DNA of 64,000 nt. It comes from an uncultured virus (IMG/VR IMGVR_UViG_3300006217_000024) (lineage: Duplodnaviria; Heunggongvirae; Uroviricota; Caudoviricetes). Both the position numbers and the translations under genes were made by a program. The notes beneath the pieces are model-generated. The model made no database searches and was not told the origin of the DNA. It worked only from the letters and a program-made list of their open reading frames with translations. This document shows, one piece after another, positions 9,830 to 19,942 of this stretch (positions within the stretch are counted from its first letter, which is position 1; each line of letters starts with the position of its first letter). The stretch lies in the IMG/VR virus record IMGVR_UViG_3300006217_000024. One strand, 5' to 3'.

Positions 9830-9841
9830 AAGGACTAGAGC

Positions 9842-10738
9842 ATGCCTAACAATCTTGGAGGCAATGTATCCAAGTTCACCCGGAACTTGGATAAGATTAT
9901 CGAGCGAGAGTCCATGACCTCGTTCCTGAACATCAATGGCGCTCTGCTGGGCGAGTTCGTAGGTGTCGGTGAGATCAAGATCGCGAAGATCGGCATGGAC
10001 TGGCTGGCAGACTATGACCGCACCAATGGGTTTGTTGACGGCGGCGTGAGCCTCGAATGGGAGACGCGCAAGCTGGAGTTCGACCGCGGGCGCGGATTCT
10101 CCATCGACGTGATGGATGACGAGGAGCATGAGACGCTCGTCTCCGCTAATGTCATGGCGGAGTTCGAGCGTACGAAGGTCATTCCGGAAATGGATGCCAT
10201 CCGTTTCGCACGACTGGCCGAGAATGCAGGGAACACGGTCTCCGAGGACTACGAGGACCCCGCGAAGGCGCTCAAAGCCGTGCGGCTCATGAAGGAATCC
10301 TTCGAGGACCTAGGCAAGGATCCCTCCGATATCGTGCTGTGCCTGACAAGCACCATGAAAGGTATGCTGCGCGATGCCATGCCGTACATGATGGGCCAGG
10401 GTGAAGCACCCAACGGGAACTTCGACACCTTTGACCAAATGCGCCTTAAGGTCATACCCTCCGGGCGCTTCTATACCGCTATCGACCTCAAGGACGGCAA
10501 GTCAACCGACGAGGCTACCGGCGGGTATCAGAAGGCGGCTGCGGGCGCAGGGATCAACTTCATGGGCCTCACATCGGATGCAGCAGAGGCCATCCAGAAG
10601 CATCAGAAGCTGCGCTACTTCACACCAGATCAGAACCAGAAGGCCGATGCGCACCTTTGGCAATACCGCGTATTCCATGACCTCATCGTCTTGGATAACA
10701 AGAAGCCGCTGATCTATTGCTCACACGCAACAGCCTAG
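9842..10738 (+). CDS. Major capsid protein
   Basis: Position, size, DRGRGFSIDVMD and VIPEMDAIRF motifs. Confidence 0.88.
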   Translation: MPNNLGGNVSKFTRNLDKIIERESMTSFLNINGALLGEFVGVGEIKIAKIGMDWLADYDRTNGFVDGGVSLEWETRKLEFDRGRGFSIDVMDDEEHETLVSANVMAEFERTKVIPEMDAIRFARLAENAGNTVSEDYEDPAKALKAVRLMKESFEDLGKDPSDIVLCLTSTMKGMLRDAMPYMMGQGEAPNGNFDTFDQMRLKVIPSGRFYTAIDLKDGKSTDEATGGYQKAAAGAGINFMGLTSDAAEAIQKHQKLRYFTPDQNQKADAHLWQYRVFHDLIVLDNKKPLIYCSHATA

Positions 10739-10747
10739 GAGGTGACC

Positions 10748-10906
10748 ATGAAGACCGTAGGATTGCAGATCAAGAAGGCTTCAAAGGCTCGGAAGCAGCC
10801 CAAGGCCGAAGAGGTAGCCAAGGATGAAACCAAAGCCGGTGAGACATCCGTTCGTAAGAAGGGCGAGAAGCCAGCAGAGCAGCCCAAGGCCGAAGAGGTA
10901 GCCTAG
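10748..10906 (+). CDS. 52-aa Lys/Glu-rich protein (not in ORF track)
   Basis: AGGAGGT RBS; MKTVGLQIKK...QPKAEEVA; contains 26-bp direct repeat. Confidence 0.7.
   Translation: MKTVGLQIKKASKARKQPKAEEVAKDETKAGETSVRKKGEKPAEQPKAEEVA
10794..10903 (+). repeat. 26-bp direct repeat AGCAGCCCAAGGCCGAAGAGGTAGCC (10794-10819, 10878-10903)
   Basis: Read directly from sequence. Confidence 0.9.
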
Positions 10907-11263
10907 TTGCTCCCCATGGTGACATACGAGCGGTATCAGGAGCTTGGCGGCAAGCTCGAAAGGGATGCCTTCGAAGCATCCCTTCGAGCTGCCGTGGCTT
11001 CCGTTCGCGAGGTCATAGGCTTTAATGTGCCAAACGAAGCAAGCCTAGAAGCCTACGAGCGAGCGGTGTGCGCAGCGGTGGAAGTGGATCACCACTATGG
11101 AGCCTCAGGCGGCATCGGTGAGGGCGCTGAGTCTATGAGCCTAGGTGGGTTCTCGCTTTCAGGACTCGCGAAGGATGGGCTATCTTCATACGATGCGGAC
11201 ATGCGCCGCGCGATCAAGCAGGAACTCACAGGTTCCGGGCTGCTGTACCAGGGGATAGGCTGA
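10907..11263 (+). CDS. Head-tail connector/adaptor protein
   Basis: Position; VTYERY...GLLYQGI pattern. Confidence 0.75.
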   Translation: MLPMVTYERYQELGGKLERDAFEASLRAAVASVREVIGFNVPNEASLEAYERAVCAAVEVDHHYGASGGIGEGAESMSLGGFSLSGLAKDGLSSYDADMRRAIKQELTGSGLLYQGIG

Positions 11264-11595
11264 TGAGGCCCATCCCCAAAAGGATGCTGCCTGACTCCTG
11301 TTCAGTGCAGGTACCTAAAACCGATGCGCTCATGGGTGGCGAGTACGCAGACCCTATAACGCTTTCGGGGGTCTACGTGGAGCCTGTGAGCAGGGTACGC
11401 CCAACCTCCTATCAGCTCCAGGATGTCACCAATGCGGTGATGTATGTGGATGCCACGAACACCAAGGGGGCGCTCCGCATCCCGTCTGGCTCTCTGGTGA
11501 CCCTTGAGGGAGAGGTATCCCCCTCAAGCGTTGCAGCGTGTCATGAGTTCTCGGCATTCGGGCGTGTGCATCACTGGGAGGTAGAGCTGGCATGA
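11263..11595 (+). CDS. Head closure / minor structural protein
   Basis: Position; C-terminal HHWEVEL. Confidence 0.7.
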   Translation: MRPIPKRMLPDSCSVQVPKTDALMGGEYADPITLSGVYVEPVSRVRPTSYQLQDVTNAVMYVDATNTKGALRIPSGSLVTLEGEVSPSSVAACHEFSAFGRVHHWEVELA

Positions 11596-11921
11596 CAGTG
11601 ACAGTGGATACTCCCCTGCTGGATAGCCTGATAAGCCCATCAGCGCACAGAGCACGGCTTGAAGAGATATCCATGCGGGCAGAAGAGCTGATGAAGCCCT
11701 ATGTGCCAGTGAGGGATAACACCTTGAGACCATCGGTCATGGCATCTGATTTCGCATCGGGAATGCTCACTTGGAACACGCCTTACGCGGCCAAGCAGTA
11801 TCACGTGCCCATGAACCACTCGGAGGCTGGAACCCAGGACCACTGGGATGAGGCAATGAAACGTAACGATATGCCACTACTTGAGGACTACGTGGCAAAG
11901 GTCTATGAGGAGGTGTTCTGA
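11592..11921 (+). CDS. Minor capsid/neck protein
   Basis: PYVPVRDNTLR...TPYAAKQY motif; homolog at 52052. Confidence 0.75.
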   Translation: MTVTVDTPLLDSLISPSAHRARLEEISMRAEELMKPYVPVRDNTLRPSVMASDFASGMLTWNTPYAAKQYHVPMNHSEAGTQDHWDEAMKRNDMPLLEDYVAKVYEEVF

Positions 11922-12325
11922 TGGATGACATTCCGGAGCTTGACCTGCTGAGCGTCTTGAAGGAACGCATCACAGAGGCAGGTGTTGAGGTACCCGTATG
12001 CCTCACCGCTGCCAATTCTCAGAAGACACCTGAGTGCGTGGTGCTGTCTTTCGGGACTCCTCGCCAGAGTGAAACCTACTACGACCTCACAGAGGATGCA
12101 CCCATGCGCATCTCGGTCATCTGCAAGCGTATCAGCGAGCTGGAGGCCATGCTCGATGCTCGCAAGATAGCGGAGTCCATCGAATACGGCTCCCTGGACT
12201 CTGAGAACGGCTCCTATGAGGTAACAGACCTCGAGAAGAGCAAACCGCGCCCCATGCCCTGGGACGAGTCGGGCAGATGGGTGTGGGTGTTCGATATAAA
12301 CCTTACGATTGAAAGGAACGCATGA
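11921..12325 (+). CDS. Tail terminator/completion protein
   Basis: Position before major tail protein; acidic, about 134 aa. Confidence 0.65.
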   Translation: MDDIPELDLLSVLKERITEAGVEVPVCLTAANSQKTPECVVLSFGTPRQSETYYDLTEDAPMRISVICKRISELEAMLDARKIAESIEYGSLDSENGSYEVTDLEKSKPRPMPWDESGRWVWVFDINLTIERNA

Positions 12326-13074
12326 TGGATATCGGATTCGCTATGAATTACCAGTACCTGAACGAGATCGACATGAACCCCGGCGGTGATGAACCTGAAT
12401 GGGGTTGGTTCGGCCCCGGCATCAACACCTTCACGAAGGATAAATCCGAAACCACCGAAGAGGAATACTTCTACAGCAACTTTGGCGAAGCCGATACACA
12501 GGTATCCGGCATGAGTCAGTCGATCTCAGTCGAAGGCAAGCGCCGCCTGGATGATCCGTGCCAGAACTTCGTTGCAAGCCTTGACGAGCAGACGGGCGAC
12601 GCGCTCATCACAACACTTCGCCGCACCTTTCCCGACGGCAAGGTGATCGAACGTGATGTGACCATTCACGAAATCAAGGCAGACCAAGATGGCGCCCCGA
12701 ACGAGAAGGCGAAGTTTGCTTGCAAACTGTCATTCAACGGGCCTTCGCGCGTGGTAACCGAACCGGTAGGCATTGCCTACCCTGAAGAGGTTGCAGCCGA
12801 GGCAGTTAACGTCGCTGTTGGCGAAACATCCACGATCATTACAACGGTAACCCCCGCTGATGCCAATCCGCGCTGCGTCTTTGCAACAGGCAATCATAAG
12901 GTTGCAACCGTCACTCCTGATGGCCTCGTGAAGGGTGTATCTGCTGGCAAGACGCGCATCACCATCAAATGCGTCTCCAAGCCATCCGTTGCGAAGCAAG
13001 TAGACGTGACCGTAACCGCACCCACACGACAGGCATCCTCCACTAAGAGCGCAGGAACATCAGAGGACAAGTAG
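12322..13074 (+). CDS. Major tail (tube) protein with C-terminal Ig-like domain
   Basis: VTPADA...VATVTPDGLVKGVSAGKTRIT Big_2-type pattern. Confidence 0.85.
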   Translation: MMDIGFAMNYQYLNEIDMNPGGDEPEWGWFGPGINTFTKDKSETTEEEYFYSNFGEADTQVSGMSQSISVEGKRRLDDPCQNFVASLDEQTGDALITTLRRTFPDGKVIERDVTIHEIKADQDGAPNEKAKFACKLSFNGPSRVVTEPVGIAYPEEVAAEAVNVAVGETSTIITTVTPADANPRCVFATGNHKVATVTPDGLVKGVSAGKTRITIKCVSKPSVAKQVDVTVTAPTRQASSTKSAGTSEDK

Positions 13075-13100
13075 CCGAGCGACACATATCCGATTATCAG

Positions 13101-13143
13101 GACCGAGGCCGGGGCGAACTGCGCCGCCTCGGTCTCTTGTTTT
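13101..13143 (+). terminator. Terminator-like hairpin after major tail gene
   Basis: GACCGAGGC...GCCTCGGTC followed by TCTTGTTTT. Confidence 0.55.
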
Positions 13144-13174
13144 GTAAGCGCAGGAATCTGACAGAGGAGCGCAG

Positions 13175-13621
13175 ATGAAGAAGATCAGTCTGAACGCCGT
13201 ATATGAGCCTCTGGTATTCGAGATCAACGGCGAAGAGGTGCGCGTGAAGGTCGATACCACGCCCAAGAATCTCAAGCCGCTATCCGAGCTTTGCCACAAA
13301 AATGGGACTGAGATGAAGCCCATTGAGAAGGCAAGGAACAAAGCTATCGCAGAGGGTGACGTGAGGGAGGCCGAAAGAACCAGTTCCGCACTCGCCGATA
13401 AGATCATGCCTATCCTCAATGCAGCACTGGTCGGGAATGGAACCGAAGAACTCATCACAGCCCTTGGCGGCGGAGTCCCTGTGAACCCATCAGATTGCAT
13501 AGAACAGCTTGTCATGGTCATGGATGCAATCATCCACACCATTCGTGATCATTTCGGATTGTCCGCAGCGCAGATGACGGCAGGAGCCGCAGATGCGTTG
13601 CAAGCCACTAACAACAACTAG
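13175..13621 (+). CDS. Tail assembly chaperone
   Basis: Position between tail tube and tape measure; GAGGAG RBS. Confidence 0.7.
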   Translation: MKKISLNAVYEPLVFEINGEEVRVKVDTTPKNLKPLSELCHKNGTEMKPIEKARNKAIAEGDVREAERTSSALADKIMPILNAALVGNGTEELITALGGGVPVNPSDCIEQLVMVMDAIIHTIRDHFGLSAAQMTAGAADALQATNNN

Positions 13622-14243
13622 CGCACGAAAGACAGATGCATACGGGCGGAAACGCCTAGTCAGCTCCTATGAGTGGCATGGGAGCGAGATAGAGGTATGC
13701 GATTCCGCCCGGAACATCCTGTCCATCATCGAACTCCTCACAGGATATGGTGACCAAGATGATGTGAGCCTGGTCCTAGTGGACAGGCTGCTCTTTGACC
13801 CTCCTGCGGCCTATGAGATTGCAGGAGATGAGATTCACCAGCTCATCTATGACGCCATGTGGGATGTATGCGGCCTTGATGTCACCCCAGACGGTGAGCA
13901 CATGGCCGGAGAAGACGGCGATAAATGGTTCGACTGGGAAGAAGATGCAGACCGCATCCGTAATTCCCTCAGAGCCGCCTATGGCATCTCCTGGGATGAG
14001 ACCTCAGACAACATCACATTCAGCGAAGCGACCTCGCTTATAACCCAGCTTGCTGAGTATGGGGTGAACACCCCCTTCCAACAGGCCGTCCATTACCGAC
14101 TTGGAAAGCCCCCATCGGCAAAGGTAGTGGGCTCTGATGCCGTAGATGCCTGGCATGAGGCCAGGGACTTCTATGAGCTCAAAGGCTCTGACTCCATCTC
14201 CGTGCAGAACGACGGCATAGATGATCTGTTCGAGGTGGCGTGA
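13593..14243 (+). CDS. Gp15-like tail assembly protein
   Basis: FDWEEDADRI...AYGI motif; homolog at 53925. Confidence 0.7.
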   Translation: MRCKPLTTTSARKTDAYGRKRLVSSYEWHGSEIEVCDSARNILSIIELLTGYGDQDDVSLVLVDRLLFDPPAAYEIAGDEIHQLIYDAMWDVCGLDVTPDGEHMAGEDGDKWFDWEEDADRIRNSLRAAYGISWDETSDNITFSEATSLITQLAEYGVNTPFQQAVHYRLGKPPSAKVVGSDAVDAWHEARDFYELKGSDSISVQNDGIDDLFEVA

Positions 14244-17200
14244 TGGCTGACGGTAAGGTAGTCATCCAGATAGACGCCAAGGACTCTAACGCAGTCAATA
14301 GCGCGAAGAAGGTCAAAGGATCCCTCGAAGACATCAAGAAGGCCGACGCGGGACTGAACTGGGCTGGCCTGGATAAGGGCGCAGTTACCGCCGAGCGGTC
14401 TAACGGCATGATAGGTGCCATGAGCGTGGCTCTGGGCAACCTTGCAGCCCAAGGCTTGCAGATGGTGCTCTCTAAGACCACCGAGCTTGCCCAACAAGTG
14501 GTCGAGATAGGCTCCGGTTTCGAGACCTCCATGTCAAAGGTGTCAGCTCTCTCCGGCGCACAGGGAGAGGAACTAGGCCAGCTTGAGACGAAAGCCCGAG
14601 AACTAGGGGCATCCACTACCTTCTCGGCCTCTCAAGCTGCTGATGCTCTGGGATACATGGCTTTAGCCGGTTGGGATACCCAGCAGATGCTCCAGGGCGT
14701 TGATTCGGTGCTCACGCTTGCCCAGGCAGGCGAGATGGACCTCGCCGCTGCCTCTGACCTTGTGACTGACTACCTCTCCGCTTTCGGGATGCAGGCAGAC
14801 GAGACCCAGCGCATGGTGGACGTGCTGGCTTACTCCCAGGCAAACGCCAACACCACCGTTGAGGGGCTAGGTGCAGCCTATAAGAATTGTGCTGCGAACT
14901 GCCATGCCTTCGGCATGGACGTGGAGACCACCTCATCTGCCATTGCCATGATGGCTAACCAAGGTCTCAAGGGGCAAGAAGCAGGTACTGCGCTCAATGC
15001 GGTCATGCGCGATATGACCGCTCGCATGAAAGACGGTGCCATCGCCATCGGGGATACTGCCGTTCAGGTCATGGATGCTGAGGGTAATTATCGTGACTTC
15101 ATCGACATCCTAGCTGACGTTCAAGCGGCCACCGATGGCATGGGAGATGCCGAGAAGGCAGCAGCCCTCCAGTCAACCTTCACGGCTGACAGCATCAAGG
15201 GCCTGAATCTGCTTCTCAACGCTGGGGCCGGAGAAGCGGCAACCTTCCGCGAAGAGCTCTACAACTGCGCAGGCACCGCGCAGGCCACCGCAGACACCAT
15301 GACCAATAATCTCGGTGGCGATGTCGCAGCGATGGGTTCCGCCTTCGAGGAGCTGGCTATCAAGGTCTACCAGGAGCTGCAGGAGCCCCTGAGAGAGACG
15401 GTTCAGTTCATCACCTCCACCGTAGTACCGGGCCTTGAGTGGATGCTCCAGAACCTGGACAAGGTAGGCCCCGTTCTCATAGGCATAGGGTCCGGGTTCG
15501 CTGTCATGGCTAAGGGCGGCAAGGTGATGGATCTACTTCGCGCCTCGCAGCACAACTTCGCCAAGGCCCTGAATGAAACCGAGGTTGCTCATACAAAGCT
15601 GACAGTTAAGCAGACGGCCAACGGCCTAATGCTAACGAAGTTCAATGCGCAAACGAAGCAAGCAACCATCCTGACGAATCAAAGCGCCGCATCAATCAAG
15701 ATGCACATGGCCGCCACCAAAGCATCCGAAACCGCCATGAAGCTCGGCTCTGTCGCCGCACGAACCATGGGCACAGCCATGAAGGCTATTGCTCCTCTTG
15801 CGGTCATGACCGTTTTAGTGGAGCTGGCTACCGTCATCGGAGGAGCTGCTGAAAAGGCCGCTCAGTTCGATAAGGCAACATCCGGCCTCAATGATGCCAT
15901 GAGTGCTGGCGAGAAAGCATTCCAGGATTACAAGGCGAACGCAGAGGCCGCAGCAGAGGCGAATCAGAACATTAAGATATCCGCTGATGAGGTCATAGCA
16001 TCTCAGGCAGAACTGGCCGAAAAGACCGCAGACACATGGGCAGATGCCGGAACGGATGCTGCCGTAGTCCAGACCTACGCAGACACCATGGCTGAGCTTG
16101 CCGATAAGGGAAAGCTCAACGCAGATGAGCAAGCACGCCTTAAGGCCGCTGTAGAGGGATTCAACGAGGCGACCGGTGAGTCCATCGGCATTACCGACCT
16201 TCAAAACGGCAAACTCACCGTTGCCAAGGATAAGGTTTTGGAAATGGCCGAAGCATACAAGCAGGAGGCCATGGCCGAAGCTGCACGAGAACTATACAAA
16301 GAGCACGCCAAACAGCTCGTCCAGGACCAGATGGCGCTTAAAGAAGCCACTGACAAGCTTTCAGCGGCGCAGAAAGAATGCGCCGATGCCGAGCAATATC
16401 TAACAGGTGACGCTCTTACGCCCTATGCCGACGCTGTGAACGCTGCGCAGGCAGAGGTCGACCGCCTCACCCAGGTCACCAATTCTGAGAAGGATGCGCT
16501 GGATCAAGTCTTTTCAGTCATGCAAGAGAACACTGGTGTGTTCGGGACCCTTGAAGAGGCGCTGGGGTCTTGCCAGATCTCCATGGAATCCTTCGGCGAT
16601 ATCTCCGACGCGCAAATCGCTGCGTTACAGAACGGCTTCGACGGCGGTCTTGCATCCATTGTGAACACATGCGCAACGCAAGGGATAGCCATCCCGTCGG
16701 CCCTTGCGAACGCAATCACGGCCAACAGCGGGCTTCCGCAGGGTGAGCAGCAAGCAATGCTTGATGCCATGGTCCTCCAGATGACCGGCGGAGACGTGGC
16801 AGCAGCCGCAGCTGTGCTCGGACACGACATAGATCAGGGTCTTGTTGATGGCATCACAGGAGATGCCGAAATGCCTGCCAGCGCCGTAGGCGTTATGTCT
16901 GATGAGGTCATCAATCGAGCCAAAGAGCATTTCCAAAGCCATTCCCCCTCCCTCGTCATGACCCAGCTTGGCTCCGACATAGACGCAGGTCTTGCCAATG
17001 GCATCAGCGAGAATCAAGGTGGCCCGACTACCGCCATGAGCACCCTGGGTGCTGCGGCGCTCGGAGCCATATCCGGACTCGCTGGCCTCATCGGAGGAGA
17101 GGGCTATGCATCAGCATCTAACCTTGCTGCTGGCATCCAGAGCGGTGTCAACGGAGCGGCCGGAGCGGCCGCAAATGTGGCGAACTCGGCCCTCAGAGGT

Positions 17201-17884
17201 GTAGAAGGTACAAAAGACACCTTCACAAAGGCCGGGCAGAATGCCGTAGATGGTTATGGAAACACCATCGGTGCCGCAGATGCTTACAACCAGGCCCATG
17301 CTCTCGCTGTCACAGCTGAGCGCGGATTGCAAAACTCAGGGGAGGTAGCTCGGAGGCTCGGACAGGATTTCGGGCAGGGTTACGGCCAGGGCATCAGCAG
17401 CAAAGAAAGTTGGGTCTACCAGAAAGCCTATAACCTGGCTCAGCAGGCTGTAAGAGCCGTGCAGAATGCCCAAGATTCGGCATCTCCGTCAAAGGTTGCA
17501 CGGAGCCTGGGACAGGACTTCGGCCAGGGTTATGCGCTCGGCATGCCTGATGAGTACAACCAGGTGACCAAGCTCGCCTCAGGGCTACCAGAGGCCGCTG
17601 TCAAAGCAATCAAGCTGGTGGGTATCCCAACGCTTGATATCAACTATCGTGCCGCTGCCATGGGCAGGTTCGCCCCTGTTCCCCAGCCGGTGATGCAGGC
17701 ATCCACGCCCCAACAGACAGCAACGTCCTCAGATGAGGTCTTATCGGTCCTCAAGGCCATCCTGATAGAGCTGCAACTCCTCCATAAGGGGCTCCCGAAG
17801 ATGCTCATGGATAGCTGCAAGGGAGATGAGATGACCATGCGCGATTTCGCCAGCCTCGTTGAGCTCTCAAAGGAGTACCTATGA
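14243..17884 (+). CDS. Tape measure protein (TP901-type)
   Basis: About 1213 aa, Ala-rich; ARELGASTTFSASQAADAL, GLKGQEAGTAL, HSPS motifs. Confidence 0.95.
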   Translation: MADGKVVIQIDAKDSNAVNSAKKVKGSLEDIKKADAGLNWAGLDKGAVTAERSNGMIGAMSVALGNLAAQGLQMVLSKTTELAQQVVEIGSGFETSMSKVSALSGAQGEELGQLETKARELGASTTFSASQAADALGYMALAGWDTQQMLQGVDSVLTLAQAGEMDLAAASDLVTDYLSAFGMQADETQRMVDVLAYSQANANTTVEGLGAAYKNCAANCHAFGMDVETTSSAIAMMANQGLKGQEAGTALNAVMRDMTARMKDGAIAIGDTAVQVMDAEGNYRDFIDILADVQAATDGMGDAEKAAALQSTFTADSIKGLNLLLNAGAGEAATFREELYNCAGTAQATADTMTNNLGGDVAAMGSAFEELAIKVYQELQEPLRETVQFITSTVVPGLEWMLQNLDKVGPVLIGIGSGFAVMAKGGKVMDLLRASQHNFAKALNETEVAHTKLTVKQTANGLMLTKFNAQTKQATILTNQSAASIKMHMAATKASETAMKLGSVAARTMGTAMKAIAPLAVMTVLVELATVIGGAAEKAAQFDKATSGLNDAMSAGEKAFQDYKANAEAAAEANQNIKISADEVIASQAELAEKTADTWADAGTDAAVVQTYADTMAELADKGKLNADEQARLKAAVEGFNEATGESIGITDLQNGKLTVAKDKVLEMAEAYKQEAMAEAARELYKEHAKQLVQDQMALKEATDKLSAAQKECADAEQYLTGDALTPYADAVNAAQAEVDRLTQVTNSEKDALDQVFSVMQENTGVFGTLEEALGSCQISMESFGDISDAQIAALQNGFDGGLASIVNTCATQGIAIPSALANAITANSGLPQGEQQAMLDAMVLQMTGGDVAAAAAVLGHDIDQGLVDGITGDAEMPASAVGVMSDEVINRAKEHFQSHSPSLVMTQLGSDIDAGLANGISENQGGPTTAMSTLGAAALGAISGLAGLIGGEGYASASNLAAGIQSGVNGAAGAAANVANSALRGVEGTKDTFTKAGQNAVDGYGNTIGAADAYNQAHALAVTAERGLQNSGEVARRLGQDFGQGYGQGISSKESWVYQKAYNLAQQAVRAVQNAQDSASPSKVARSLGQDFGQGYALGMPDEYNQVTKLASGLPEAAVKAIKLVGIPTLDINYRAAAMGRFAPVPQPVMQASTPQQTATSSDEVLSVLKAILIELQLLHKGLPKMLMDSCKGDEMTMRDFASLVELSKEYL

Positions 17885-18729
17885 TCAATGAGATCACATA
17901 CATCAATTCCAGGGGAGACTCCATCACATTCGGCGGAGACGATGCAGGGAACCCCTGGCATTATGGGGTAACAGATATCTTCGACATCAAGCAGGACTAC
18001 GAAGAGCTGGGCGGGAGGATAATCTCCTTCTTGGGAGGCATCAGAGAACTGGGCCTCCATGCCGTCATGCGCAAAGGCTCCCTCGAAGAGCGTGACCGCT
18101 TGGTAGATGTCTTGAGCTATGATTCGAAATTGGCAACGCCAGGGACGCTCTATGCGGGAGAGTCCTACATCAAGTGCTACGCCAAGGATGTGGAACAGAC
18201 GGGCTGGCATTACGCCGAAGGAAGTCTCACAGCGGATATCGTCTTCGTCTCTGATGACCCGGTATGGGTACGCAAGCACGTGATAACGCTCATGGCAGAT
18301 TCCGAACGTCGTGATGGAGGTCTTGACTACCCCCACGATTACCCCTTCGACTACGGGTATTCCTCAGGGACGTCTCGTATCATAGAGAACCCCTATATGC
18401 TCCCGGTCAAGTGCGATATAGCTTTTCCGGGTCCCTGTGCTGACCCCTACGTGATCATCGGTCCTAACCGTTATCAAGTCAAGGCATCCATCAAGAAAGG
18501 GCAGTTGATCATCATCCAAGGATATCCCGTGGAGGGCAGGAAGCGCATCATCCTGCGTGATGTTGACGGCTCAGAGCGGAGCCTGCTGTCAAATGGAGTC
18601 AGGGAAGAGGGTGCTCATGTGTTCGCCGAAGTGCCTGTTGGGAGGCACGTAGCCGCCTGGTCAGGAGCGTATAACATCGAAGTGACCATGTACGAGGAGA
18701 GGCTATCCCCATGCCAGAACCTCTCCTGA
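17881..18729 (+). CDS. Distal tail protein (Dit-like)
   Basis: Follows tape measure; DYPHDYPFDY motif; homolog at 57927. Confidence 0.8.
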   Translation: MINEITYINSRGDSITFGGDDAGNPWHYGVTDIFDIKQDYEELGGRIISFLGGIRELGLHAVMRKGSLEERDRLVDVLSYDSKLATPGTLYAGESYIKCYAKDVEQTGWHYAEGSLTADIVFVSDDPVWVRKHVITLMADSERRDGGLDYPHDYPFDYGYSSGTSRIIENPYMLPVKCDIAFPGPCADPYVIIGPNRYQVKASIKKGQLIIIQGYPVEGRKRIILRDVDGSERSLLSNGVREEGAHVFAEVPVGRHVAAWSGAYNIEVTMYEERLSPCQNLS

Positions 18730-19685
18730 TATACGCAGATCCCTACGGGCATGAGGTCGATACCATCGGGAAATTCAAAGGTGATTTCATCGTTGGTGGA
18801 GATAGGAACGATTTCTCTCTTGATATCCCTGCAAGCATTGGCGTAGCGAAAGACTGGTATTTGATGCTCGATGGCACAGAATTCGGTGGCATCGTTGATG
18901 GATTGGAGATAGACACCTCTCGGAAGTTCGTGACTGCCACAGGAAGGACTTGGCAGGGAATGCTACAAGGCACGGTGATCGTGCCAGATTCCGAACAGTC
19001 TCATCTAGTGCTGAATGGAGACCTCAACACAATCATTGGCGCACTGATAGAGCGTCAAGGCTTTTCTGACAGGATGGCAGCTCCTGATACGCCTTCCGGC
19101 TTCATGGTGGCCAACTACCGCATCAGAAACCGCTATGGCTACGAAGCCATATGCGAGATGTGCGCCTCAGTAGGGGCTAAGCTCATGTTTCGCTATGACG
19201 GATCTATCAGAAAATGCCTGGTCTATGCCACAGCACGCGGAGACTACGTGGATGACGGCATAGATGGCGACTCAGTACGGTTCAAGATCAGGGATCAGCG
19301 CCTAACCAACCACTGGCTAGGTCTCGGGAAGGGTGAAGGTGCCGCCCGTATCGCGGTCAATGGATATGCGGATGCCCAGGGCAATAAGTCACTTAAACAG
19401 GTGCTCTTCGGCGTGCGGCACATCATGGAGATATACGACTCCCCAAGTGCTGAGAAGGAAGACCTGGAAGAGGCCATAGAGAAACGACGAAAAGAAACCC
19501 AGAAGAAGCTGCTGACCTGCTCCCTGAAGGATGCCACATCAGGGGATTACGACATCGGCGATATCGTAGGCGGCAGATCAACACAACACAAGATATCCGT
19601 TGTGACCGAGATAGCCCAGAAGACCGCGAAGGTCACACCGCAGGGAATCGTATGTACCACGAAGACAGCATTGGAGGTTAGCTGA
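18711..19685 (+). CDS. Baseplate hub / Gp37-like minor tail protein
   Basis: GRTWQG, LGKGEGAAR, YDIGDIVG; homolog at 58799. Confidence 0.75.
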   Translation: MPEPLLIYADPYGHEVDTIGKFKGDFIVGGDRNDFSLDIPASIGVAKDWYLMLDGTEFGGIVDGLEIDTSRKFVTATGRTWQGMLQGTVIVPDSEQSHLVLNGDLNTIIGALIERQGFSDRMAAPDTPSGFMVANYRIRNRYGYEAICEMCASVGAKLMFRYDGSIRKCLVYATARGDYVDDGIDGDSVRFKIRDQRLTNHWLGLGKGEGAARIAVNGYADAQGNKSLKQVLFGVRHIMEIYDSPSAEKEDLEEAIEKRRKETQKKLLTCSLKDATSGDYDIGDIVGGRSTQHKISVVTEIAQKTAKVTPQGIVCTTKTALEVS

Positions 19686-19933
19686 TGGCAATCGAAGAGG
19701 GAGGGATGTTCCGCTGTGACCGAAGCCCTCAAGCCCACAAAGACGGCAAGCCCCATAATGAATTCCTCAACCCTACAGATAAGCGCCGGAGTGACTGGTT
19801 GGAAGTTTCCTGGGAGGATGTCATGGGAGTGACGATCAAGTATCTCATCTGCCCCGAATGCCGAAAGGAATACGAAGCCATTAGACAGGAGCAGCGCCAG
19901 AAGATGCAGAACTACATGTACCTCGGACAGTAA
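19685..19933 (+). CDS. Small Cys-containing protein before tail fibre
   Basis: ICPECRK; positional and sequence counterpart at 59834. Confidence 0.65.
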   Translation: MAIEEGGMFRCDRSPQAHKDGKPHNEFLNPTDKRRSDWLEVSWEDVMGVTIKYLICPECRKEYEAIRQEQRQKMQNYMYLGQ

Positions 19934-19942
19934 GGGATAACA

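Noticed and set aside
13560..13625. Programmed -1 frameshift between tail assembly chaperones
   Set aside because: No clear XXXYYYZ slippery heptamer here or at 53900-53925; the downstream genes have their own starts
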